Notes under the pieces: generated by a model
The model's database searches: none
Told to the model about the DNA's origin: nothing
Seen by the model: only the letters and a program-made list of their open reading frames with translations
Program-made: the position numbers and the translations under genes
Assembly (NCBI GenBank): GCA_046538485.1
Contig: JBKHIT010000067.1
Location: 1 to 24,270, forward strand
DNA from: Candidatus Brocadiia bacterium
GTDB lineage: Bacteria; Planctomycetota; Brocadiia; SM23-32
Direction of reading: 5' to 3'
DNA: 24,270 nucleotides
Shown here: positions 1 to 7,865 of the stretch, piece after piece
Position numbering within the stretch: position 1 is the first letter of the stretch
Layout: each line of letters begins with the position of its first letter

Positions 1-907
1 GGTTCAACGACAACGGAAAACGGCAAAGCGGCGAAGAATCGCCGCACTCCATAGCCGGCTCGCGTGTTCCCGTGCTTGTGATACCCCGGACAGTGCGACC
101 GATCCAACACTGGTGGCCCTGGCAGAACTCGTTGCCGTCGCGTCCCCAGGGCATATCACGCAGGTCGCTGCCATCGTCACGAATCACGTGGACATCACAT
201 CCCGCCCCCGCCGTAGCCCTGACGCCCTCCCCCGCTGCATCCCTCAGGCCGTCGTGATTATGCTGAACGAGCAGGTCACGGTTTTCTCCGGGATTCCGGG
301 AGCGACAGTACTGGGGATGGAGATTGAACCAGTCTTCCCCCAGCGGCACAACCTCGACTTCGGCACTGTCAAGGTCGACACGGATAAACCCCCACGGTGC
401 GCCTTCGGTCTGTCCGTCCCCCAGGAATCCGCTTATGATGATCCGGCGCCCGTCCGAAGAAATCGTGGAGAGCGGGTAAAGACGACTCAGAAACAGGTCG
501 GACCCGGTCAGGGCGTCTTCGAGCTCCAAAATCGTTTCCCGGCCCGTGCCGTCAAGAGCCACGCGACGAAGCATTATCCGCCCGCTTCCCGGTTTCGTTT
601 GGTCTATGAAATAATAGAGGTGTTGGCCGTCGGGCGAGATCGCGGGTCCGGTGGTCCCTTTTTCATCGGTCAGGGGGATTAACTCTCCGTCATTGGACAG
701 GTCACAGAGCAGATAACGATGACGGGGATCATCACGGTCCGAACCGTGAGGGGTGGCGGAACGATGGAGGATGAACCGTTCCGAATCGGGGGTGAAAATC
801 TGCGCTTCCATATAGACGTGGCTGGAAGGTATATCTTCCTCGGTAATCTGAAAGATCTCCAGTCCGGTCGGACAGTTTTCGTCGAGCAGGTCAGGTCGCC
901 GTTTCAT
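1..907 (-). CDS. Oligogalacturonate lyase (PL22)-like / TolB-like beta-propeller protein, 3' end beyond the window edge and possibly disrupted by a repeat
   Basis: Absent from the ORF track because there is no stop in the window. My translation from ATG at 907: MKRRPDLLDENCPTGLEIFQITEEDIPSSHVYMEAQIFTPDSERFILHRS...GPAISPDGQHLYYF...STISSDGRRII...FNLHPQYC...DVHVIRDDGSDLRDMPWGRDGNEFCQGHQCW. TG-x-E-x-x-QIT, FTPDS, SPDG/SSDG blade motifs and the HPQ and GHQCW segments resemble Ogl-type propellers. The + strand ORFs 113..682 and 719..910 are its antisense shadow. Confidence 0.7.
   Translation of the reverse strand, partial: MKRRPDLLDENCPTGLEIFQITEEDIPSSHVYMEAQIFTPDSERFILHRSATPHGSDRDDPRHRYLLCDLSNDGELIPLTDEKGTTGPAISPDGQHLYYFIDQTKPGSGRIMLRRVALDGTGRETILELEDALTGSDLFLSRLYPLSTISSDGRRIIISGFLGDGQTEGAPWGFIRVDLDSAEVEVVPLGEDWFNLHPQYCRSRNPGENRDLLVQHNHDGLRDAAGEGVRATAGAGCDVHVIRDDGSDLRDMPWGRDGNEFCQGHQCWIGRTVRGITSTGTREPAMECGDSSPLCRFPLSLN
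25..53. repeat. REP-like palindrome, family A (AAAGCGGYG-hairpin-GCACTCC)
   Basis: AAAGCGGCGAAGAATCGCCGCACTCCATA with stem GCGGCGA/TCGCCGC; same ends as the copies at 10663, 12743, 12904, 13043 and 23866. Confidence 0.75.
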
Positions 908-1033
908 TGAAAAATCTCAACTATTTTCTATCGTTAGTGAATTTCTTCCCTCCCGGGATATTGGCCGTTCTTTTTCAACTCCCTGGGCTCGCGAGTGGAG
1001 AAAGCGCCTGCCCGGTGGACTGCCCGAGCGATC

Positions 1034-2473
1034 TCAAAACGAAACCACCCAGTGCCAGATGAAGGTGTAGGCATTGGCATCAACCTGTTGCCAGATCCGT
1101 TCCACCAGCTCTTCGCTACCGGTAATCGGCCCGCGTTCGGATCGTTTTTTTTCCCACGGCACGCAAGTGCCCGGCGGGGAACCGGAATTGTCATCGGGAA
1201 AAAGGGGCATCGAATCGGTCTCCTCATCTCCCCCATCGGATTCTCCGGAATCTTTCGTATTTCCCCCACCTCCCGAAGAATACGTCCCGTAATCCCGGAC
1301 AAACTCCGTCATCACCCGCAGGTTCTCCTCGCAGGTATCATCCTGCATGATCGCGCCGGCGTCCGCAATGTAGCCGCCATCGGCGGCCACTCCATCGATG
1401 ATTTTCCGGCAGCAGTCCCGGACTTCGTCGGGTGAACCGTAGGAAAGCAGAAAGTTCGGAATCCCGCCGCTGATACAGAATTTATCGCCGAGTTTCTCAT
1501 ACACCTCAAAAATGTCCGCGCGATCGACGTGAAAGACAATGCTTCTGTCGGGCAGTTCCGTGAAACTGTCCAGATGCGCGTTCCAATCACCTTCCGCATA
1601 GAAGAGGGTCTGCAGGTCACGCTTCCAGAGTTCTTGAATAATCGGTTTGAGCGTGGGCCAGTAGTGGGAATCGAACTGGGCCGGCGTGACGAACGGCACG
1701 CAGCCGCGATGCATCCAGATGGCGACCGGCACCGTTCCCGTCGGATCGGCGCTGTCGATGGCCACGCGCAACAGGTGCGGAGCGAGGGCTTCGGCGGCCG
1801 CCAGAACTTTTTCGGGCTGAGTATGCATGTCCATGGTCAACCCGTAGTAACCACGGAATTTGTCCGCAAGAATATCAAACGGAGCCTTCAGGATTCCCCC
1901 GATCGCCGGAACTGTACCGGTCTCGTCCTGCATGCGTTGCGCACCGGCCCCCAGATCCATGAAATACTGCAGCATGGCCATCGCGCTCCGCACCAGGGCC
2001 GTGCTGTGGCGGTAGGTCGTGGGGTCTCCCGTCGCGCAAATATCCTCGGCCACGCGCGGGAACCAGACTTCGTAGAGGAAAGCGGTCGGATCATCAATCA
2101 ACCGGTCGTATTCATCGGCCCGCATAAACGCGTCTTCCTCGGCCGGTTCCCGGTATTGGAATCCGACGTCCTCTTCGATGTCGATGCCCGGGACGCCGTA
2201 GTATTTCAGCCCGACAGCTTCGGTTAACCCTGTCCAGACATAGACCATGTTTGGCACGGTCGCATCCCAATCAAAATCCGCCGCGCACTGGATGGTGGCA
2301 TCGATGGCCTTGTTGTAGTCATGGGTCACTTCCTGGCAGGTATAACCGGCGTACTTTGCGACGAATTCAGCAACAAATGGCCGGATCGGCACGCAATCGG
2401 GTTTCCCGTTGTGCAAGGCGGTCTTATACCGTTTGAGTTTTTCGTCGTGAGATTTGGGTGTATCGTTTGCCAT
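1034..2473 (-). CDS. Uroporphyrinogen decarboxylase / MtaA-CmuA superfamily protein, likely a corrinoid-dependent methyltransferase (O-demethylase MT1-like)
   Basis: Start moved to ATG at 2473 (MANDTPK), which has an AAAGGAG Shine-Dalgarno upstream. Motifs: ALHNGKPDCVPI, APFDILADKFRG...DMHTQPEKV, IWMHRGC, YWPTLK, FYAEGDW, FCISGGIP...GSPDEVRDCCRKIID..AADGGYI. 479 aa. Confidence 0.8.
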   Translation of the reverse strand: MANDTPKSHDEKLKRYKTALHNGKPDCVPIRPFVAEFVAKYAGYTCQEVTHDYNKAIDATIQCAADFDWDATVPNMVYVWTGLTEAVGLKYYGVPGIDIEEDVGFQYREPAEEDAFMRADEYDRLIDDPTAFLYEVWFPRVAEDICATGDPTTYRHSTALVRSAMAMLQYFMDLGAGAQRMQDETGTVPAIGGILKAPFDILADKFRGYYGLTMDMHTQPEKVLAAAEALAPHLLRVAIDSADPTGTVPVAIWMHRGCVPFVTPAQFDSHYWPTLKPIIQELWKRDLQTLFYAEGDWNAHLDSFTELPDRSIVFHVDRADIFEVYEKLGDKFCISGGIPNFLLSYGSPDEVRDCCRKIIDGVAADGGYIADAGAIMQDDTCEENLRVMTEFVRDYGTYSSGGGGNTKDSGESDGGDEETDSMPLFPDDNSGSPPGTCVPWEKKRSERGPITGSEELVERIWQQVDANAYTFIWHWVVSF

Positions 2474-2746
2474 GCGCGACTCCTTTCGCTGGTCCTCTTT
2501 GCCCATTACGCAATCCTCATCCGGACACAAATCTAATCGAATGTTCGCCCGGCGGCAAGCCGCAACCGTTGGTTCCAGGAACGCCACAAAACCCGCCTCT
2601 TTTCCGACTACATAATACATCCTGAACTCACACCGGCTGGAAACCGGGTTTACTGGAGGGACAAAATCCATGGTCTTTTTCTCGAACTGAATAGCCCAAC
2701 AATGAGAATATCCCCTGCGCTGAGCAACCCCGTACAAAAGTCCAGC

Positions 2747-2774
2747 TTGACATTCTGGCGGGGCGAGTTATAAT
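2747..2774 (+). promoter_or_regulatory. Sigma70-type promoter for the prepilin-regulator-GH71 cluster
   Basis: Perfect TTGACA (2747-2752), 16-nt spacer, perfect TATAAT (2769-2774), 60 nt upstream of the ATG at 2834, in the divergent intergenic region. Confidence 0.75.
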
Positions 2775-2833
2775 ATCGGTGTAGCGATATATATAAATGC
2801 GCGGGTTATGTGTTTGGCGAGAGGAAAGGACAG

Positions 2834-3538
2834 ATGTTTTCAGATGATGGCCGAGATGCATTCACTCTGATCGAGTTGCTTGTGGTCATTGCGATTATTG
2901 CCATCCTGGCGGCCATGCTGATGCCGGCCCTGGAAAAAGCTCAAGCGCAAGCCAAGCGTGCCGGGTGCGCAGGCCGCGAAAGACAGATCGGGCTGGCTTT
3001 GCATCTCTACGCCAACAGTTACGATGGTTATGTTCCGCCACGCTGGGTGGATTATATCCACAGCGACACTTACAAATTTATGAGTTACCTCAAAACTTAT
3101 CTCGAAAGCCCATCGGTAGTTATCTGCCCGGGCCGCTCCTACCAGGTGTGGAATAGTCCTTACGACTCTGTACCCGGAGCTTACGAGTGGTACGAGGTGT
3201 CGGCTGCAAAAGCCCCTTCTTACGGGTGGGGATTCGGATACAGCGGATATGTGTATGATATCGGGAAAGGCGGCAATCGTGTGGGCATCCGCACGTGGAA
3301 AACAATGCCCAACATCCCCGCCTCCTACGTGATGGCGAGTTGCCGCAGCGATTGGAAGTATGACAGCGGGTGGCGGGATATGGACAAATACTGCAATATC
3401 AGTTGGCTCCCCCACAAAAACACACATTTCAATCTGCTCCGTGCCAGTGGTTCAGTAATCACGCGAAAACCTGCTTTCGCCAACACGGACAATACCAGTT
3501 CCAAAGAGTTCTTCTGGGGTTGGGCTCACAACCATTAA
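2834..3538 (+). CDS. Prepilin-type N-terminal cleavage/methylation domain protein (DUF1559-like, PVC type)
   Basis: [37 protein letters not shown]...[16 protein letters not shown], central ICPG, and a degenerate C-terminal H-X9-DG-type motif ([16 protein letters not shown]). ATG at 2834 follows GAGGAAAGGA. Confidence 0.9.
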   Translation: MFSDDGRDAFTLIELLVVIAIIAILAAMLMPALEKAQAQAKRAGCAGRERQIGLALHLYANSYDGYVPPRWVDYIHSDTYKFMSYLKTYLESPSVVICPGRSYQVWNSPYDSVPGAYEWYEVSAAKAPSYGWGFGYSGYVYDIGKGGNRVGIRTWKTMPNIPASYVMASCRSDWKYDSGWRDMDKYCNISWLPHKNTHFNLLRASGSVITRKPAFANTDNTSSKEFFWGWAHNH

Positions 3539-3584
3539 TTACTCCGATTCGTAAGCACAGTCACATTTACGGGATGGTAAATCA

Positions 3585-4739
3585 ATGGACGTAACCCAAA
3601 ACGAAACCGGCACCACTTTCGCGGAACTCGGTCCCTCCTCGCGGGTGGCCGAAGCCTACAAGAAACTCCTCCGCTACATCCACGTGCACAAACTGACGCC
3701 GGGCGACCATCTCCCCCCGCAGGAAGAGCTGCGCAATGAACTCGGTTACAGCCATCACACCCTCAGCAAAGCCATGGGAATGTTGACCGACGCCGGCGTG
3801 GTAAGCCGCAAGCCAAAGGTCGGCACCATCGTCCAGAATCCCGAAGCCGTCCTGAAAGGCGTCTGGACGGTCGGGCTGATAACTCAACCTCAGGAAGTCC
3901 TGGAGGTGCCCTTTTTTGCGTTTCTTTCAAATCTCCTCCAGAGCCAGCTCATCCGGATGGGATGTCGCGTTCACATGTACCCGAACATCGATGGCAGCGG
4001 CTCGGACCGCCTTGAACATTTCCCGGGGCTGCCCGAAGAGGTGGCCGCGGAACGTCTGGACGGCGTGATGGCCACAGTGCAACTTCAGCGGAATGCTACC
4101 CGCAGCATCACCGATAACGATATTGTCCTCGTCCACGTGGGCCCCGGCGAAAAATCGGAGAATGCGGTCTGCATCGATCAGCGTGCCATGGTGAAAAAGG
4201 CAGCTGACCTCTTTATCAGCGGCGGCTGCCGGCAGCTGGCGGTCGTGAGCAATTTCGGAGAAGGATCGGGCGAGATCGGGTTCTGGCGCGGATTCCAGGA
4301 AGCGCTTGACGAGTCCCCCGAACACCAAAGCGACGGAGAATCGCTCCATGAAGGCAACGGACCGGAATCGGGCACGGAAGTGGCCCGCAAAATCCTCGAA
4401 CGTCCTGCCTCCGAAAGACCCGACGGCCTGATTGTCGTCGACGACCGGATCGCGATGGGGCTGACCGTTGAGCTGAGCAAAACCGAAGACTATCGTCCCC
4501 GAATCGCCGTGCAGGCCAACCGCGAAGTCCCGCTCGCCTTCCCCATTCCGGTCACCCGTTTCTACGTAAACATCGAGGAAATGGCGCGACTGGGAGCGCA
4601 GAAAATGGTCCGACAACTCCGCGATCCCTCCGAACCGGACGGAGTGACCTGGCTGGAACCTCAAATATTAACCGGAGAGAACGACGATTCCCAACGAAAC
4701 GGTTTTTCCATAAAGACAAAAAGCTGGGATTCGCCCTGA
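3585..4739 (+). CDS. GntR-family winged-HTH regulator with LacI/periplasmic-binding-type effector domain (AraR-like hybrid)
   Basis: N-terminal LTPGDHLPPQEELRNELGYSHHTLSKAMGMLTDAGVVSRKPKVGTIV is a GntR wHTH. The C-terminal part (PFFAFL, DGVM, VCIDQ, GCRQLAVV, RPDGLIVVDDRIAMG) matches LacI-type sugar-binding domains. The last 14 aa may be read-through (see findings). Confidence 0.88.
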   Translation: MDVTQNETGTTFAELGPSSRVAEAYKKLLRYIHVHKLTPGDHLPPQEELRNELGYSHHTLSKAMGMLTDAGVVSRKPKVGTIVQNPEAVLKGVWTVGLITQPQEVLEVPFFAFLSNLLQSQLIRMGCRVHMYPNIDGSGSDRLEHFPGLPEEVAAERLDGVMATVQLQRNATRSITDNDIVLVHVGPGEKSENAVCIDQRAMVKKAADLFISGGCRQLAVVSNFGEGSGEIGFWRGFQEALDESPEHQSDGESLHEGNGPESGTEVARKILERPASERPDGLIVVDDRIAMGLTVELSKTEDYRPRIAVQANREVPLAFPIPVTRFYVNIEEMARLGAQKMVRQLRDPSEPDGVTWLEPQILTGENDDSQRNGFSIKTKSWDSP

Positions 4740-5090
4740 TTGAACTACCCTTCGACAGGGTCATTGATATTGGGCGATTGTGGAACCAGCCGGGCGAACA
4801 AATGTCGCCGGTGATTCTGTCCTGCGCACAGTACGAATCGGATATTTTTGGGCAAGCAAGACACTTATCATAACCACGCTCACAAACGCGAGGGCGTGAA
4901 CGGAGTCTTCTACGATGGATCGGCACGTTGGATTTCACTCGAAGAGGTCAAAGCCGATGGAGTCCAGGTCTGTTCGCCATCGGGCCCGCTCGACGCCGAG
5001 TTTTTTCTCAATAACGACACCTGGGGGGCCGAGTGTCGGGACAACCTGCAAATGTGGGCCAAAAAATGTGCCACCTTGCGACCCGATTGA
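4694..5090 (+). pseudogene. Degenerate second prepilin-type (DUF1559 / H-X9-DG) gene
   Basis: The frame from 4694 reads (ACG)KRFFHKDKKLG|FALIELPFDR...SPVILSCAQYESDI. After a one-base shift in the T5 run at about 4845-4849 it continues GKQDTYHNHAHKREGVNGVFYDGSARWISLEE...LQMWAKK to a stop at 5090. The leader/cleavage motif and H-x10-DG motif are present; the start codon, hydrophobic helix and central region are missing. Confidence 0.72.
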
Positions 5091-5173
5091 AGCGGCTGCG
5101 ACACGTGATCGTTTTTCTGACAAAAAGAATCTGAACCAAATTCTGCCAGCAATACTTTAGAAGGAGATCCGCA

Positions 5174-7831
5174 GTGAACATTTCTCGCAAGAAATCGATC
5201 GTCTGGTTGCTTTGTGTCGTTTTTCTGATGGCAGGCTCCGCTGCCGACGTCATTGCCGCCGAACGGAAGTCGGCAATGCAGGCCGATCAACGCTACGTCT
5301 TCGCACATTATATGACCTGCTATTTCGGCTCCACACAGTTCTACAAACAGGAAATCGAACTCGCGCAACGGCACGGGATCGATGGTTTCGCGATGAACTG
5401 CGGGGCATGGCTGAACGACATGAAATATGTCAAAGCGACGGAACGAATGTATCAGGCCGCCAGGGAACTCGACACCGATTTCAAACTCTTCATCTCCGCC
5501 GATTGGTCCGCCCAAACCGCAAAAAACGTCAAGGACATGATCAAACGCTTCTACGAGCACCCGAATCAGATGCGCCACAACGCCGCCCCCGTGCTCAGCA
5601 CCTACGGCGGGAGTGCAGGACGGTACAAGAAGATAATCGCAGACCTGAATAAAGACGGTTTCAAAGTCTGCTTTGTGCCCAACCTGTCCCAACAACGTTT
5701 CTCGGCCAACCGCAGCCTCGAATCGAGCCTCCGCCTGATCAAACCGGAACACGTCAGCGGTATGTTCTGGTTTGCTGCCGACGCCACCGTGGCCGAAGCT
5801 CTTCGCACAAACGCCAGCCTCCGACGCGCCACGCTCCTTGCCGATAAAATCTACATGGCCGGGGTCGCCCCATCCTATAACAGCCCCAACCTCCGACAAC
5901 ACCTCGGCATCGAAGGTTATGGGGACGTCTGGGAAGGAATCATCCGCGACGGCGCCGATTGGGTCGAAATCGTCACCTGGAACGACTACAACGAAGATTC
6001 CAATCTCATGCCCTGGCGCTGGCAAAGAGGCTGGGAAAAACAATACATCGACCACGACGAAACCTACCTCGACGCGACCGAATATTACGCAAAATGGCAC
6101 AAAAGCGGCCGCCAGCCCCAAATCACGCAGGACAAGGTCTACTACGCCTACCGCAACCGTTCCCTCTGGCTGCGTCGGGCCTGGGACTGGAAGAACGAGA
6201 AGTGGGTCGATCTGACGATGACCGATTGGCCGTTCGATCAGATTCACGACGACGCAACGGACGAATTGTTTGTCACCTCATTTCTGACCGATCCCGCGAC
6301 CCTCACAGTGGAGATCGCCGGTAAAAAACACACCTGCGAAATGCCGGCCGGCGCAGGACATGCCCGCGTTCCCCTCAAAGCGGGTCTGCCCCGGTTCTCG
6401 TTGTCCCGAAACGGCAAACAACTGCTGGATTTCGCGGGCCGGAAACGCATCATCAACCGGGAGACCCAGACGAAACTCAACAGTCCCAAGGGCTATCACC
6501 TCCTGAACCGCACATGGACCGGCGCAGGCGCCGTGGGCAAGGTCGTGCGACGACTCCAGGTGGAAAAAGGCAAACTGTCTGAAGGTGCCAAAACCGTAAA
6601 AGTCAACGGCAACAAAGGCGTCCAAAATGAAGAAAACCATGGAAGCGGTTTTCGCATCCCGGTCAAAGGGCTCGAGACCTGCACCTACAACGTCCGGGTA
6701 CGATACTCAAATCCCGGCGATGCGGAGGCCCGCCTGACGCTCATGGCGGGCGGACCGCCGCGGCAAGAGAACGCGTATCCGTACTTCATCCCACTGTTTA
6801 TGCCCCGGACCGAAGACGGCGAATTCAAAACCATCAGTTTCTTCTGGTCCCTCTACGAAAATACCACCTGGATGGGCGTGGAATGGATGGAAAACGACGC
6901 ACATGGCCGGCATCGGGGCAATCCCCTCCAGAACGACATGGGCCGACCCATCATCGACTCCATCGAACTGGTGAAGGTCGAACCGACCGAAATGCCCGAA
7001 CCACAGGACTCGATCTTCCCAAAGATGGTCCGCATCCCGGGCGGAAGTTTCCAGATGGGCGACGCCGGGGGACGTCCCGATGAGAAACCGGAACATAAGG
7101 TAACGGTCTCCCCCTTCGCCATGAGCAAATACGAAATTACCAACGAACTCTACGAAAAATACAACCCCAAACACGCCCGCCACCGGGACGGCTATTCCTG
7201 GCGCGACCGCGAGCCGGTTATCTACGTCTCGTGGGTCGACGGAGCAAAATACTGCAACTGGCTCAGCAAACAGGCAAGCCTGCCCCCCGCCTACCGTCAG
7301 GAAGGCGAGAAGAAACAGTGGGTGGTCGATATGAACGCCGACGGTTTCCGCATGCCGACCGAAGCCGAATGGGAATACGTGGCCAGCGGTCGGGGAGAGG
7401 AGCGACAATATCCGTGGGGTCCCGAAGCTCCTCGCCCCGGCCACCACGGCCGCTTCGTCGGTGAAGACGCCCTCGACACCGATGTCAGGCTTCCGGCCCA
7501 GTACGAAGCCGGCACGATGGTGGTGGGATCCTACCCCGCCGGAGCGAGCCGCGACGGCGTGATGGACCTGACCGGTAATGTCTGTGAGTGGTGCAGCAAC
7601 TGGCTCCAGCCGTACACAAAAGACTCCGCGAAAGATCCCTGCGGCGACAAACCCGGCAACTACCGTGCCATACGCGGCAGTTCCTGGGGTTACTACGGCT
7701 ACCCGGCCGAGGTCCATGACCGGGAATACAACAACCCCAAATACCCGGGATACGTCTATATCGGCCTGCGGGTCGTGCTGCCGCAAAAAGGCTGGAACAA
7801 GATGAAAAAAACGTTGAAAGATCGTCGCTGA
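5174..7831 (+). CDS. Secreted GH71-like glycoside hydrolase + CBM6/35-like beta-sandwich + FGE-sulfatase (SUMF1/CLec-fold) domain (paralogue 1)
   Basis: AAGGAG SD before GTG; Sec-like signal peptide; GH71 motifs VFAHYM, EIELAQRHGIDGFAMN, FKLFISAD, YMAGVAP, DWVEIVTWNDYNE; CBM-like TYNVRVRYSN..ARLTL; FGE motifs MVRIPGGSFQMG, EKPEHKV, KYEITN, PVIYVSW, FRMPTEAEWEY, DLTGNVCEW, RGSSW, IGLRVV. Confidence 0.85.
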   Translation: MNISRKKSIVWLLCVVFLMAGSAADVIAAERKSAMQADQRYVFAHYMTCYFGSTQFYKQEIELAQRHGIDGFAMNCGAWLNDMKYVKATERMYQAARELDTDFKLFISADWSAQTAKNVKDMIKRFYEHPNQMRHNAAPVLSTYGGSAGRYKKIIADLNKDGFKVCFVPNLSQQRFSANRSLESSLRLIKPEHVSGMFWFAADATVAEALRTNASLRRATLLADKIYMAGVAPSYNSPNLRQHLGIEGYGDVWEGIIRDGADWVEIVTWNDYNEDSNLMPWRWQRGWEKQYIDHDETYLDATEYYAKWHKSGRQPQITQDKVYYAYRNRSLWLRRAWDWKNEKWVDLTMTDWPFDQIHDDATDELFVTSFLTDPATLTVEIAGKKHTCEMPAGAGHARVPLKAGLPRFSLSRNGKQLLDFAGRKRIINRETQTKLNSPKGYHLLNRTWTGAGAVGKVVRRLQVEKGKLSEGAKTVKVNGNKGVQNEENHGSGFRIPVKGLETCTYNVRVRYSNPGDAEARLTLMAGGPPRQENAYPYFIPLFMPRTEDGEFKTISFFWSLYENTTWMGVEWMENDAHGRHRGNPLQNDMGRPIIDSIELVKVEPTEMPEPQDSIFPKMVRIPGGSFQMGDAGGRPDEKPEHKVTVSPFAMSKYEITNELYEKYNPKHARHRDGYSWRDREPVIYVSWVDGAKYCNWLSKQASLPPAYRQEGEKKQWVVDMNADGFRMPTEAEWEYVASGRGEERQYPWGPEAPRPGHHGRFVGEDALDTDVRLPAQYEAGTMVVGSYPAGASRDGVMDLTGNVCEWCSNWLQPYTKDSAKDPCGDKPGNYRAIRGSSWGYYGYPAEVHDREYNNPKYPGYVYIGLRVVLPQKGWNKMKKTLKDRR

Positions 7832-7865
7832 GAAGGAACGGCTATATCGCAAGGTGCAGGAAAAC

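Noticed and set aside
113..910. Plus-strand ORFs 113..682 and 719..910
   Set aside because: They are antisense shadows in register with the minus-strand propeller gene.
2474..2737. N-terminal extension of the URO-D-family ORF as given in the track (567 aa)
   Set aside because: Family similarity starts after Met at 2473, which has a strong SD; the extension covers the divergent promoter region.
7015..7831. Functional formylglycine-generating enzyme (sulfatase maturation)
   Set aside because: The catalytic cysteine pair after RGGS is absent in both copies and no sulfatase gene is in the window.
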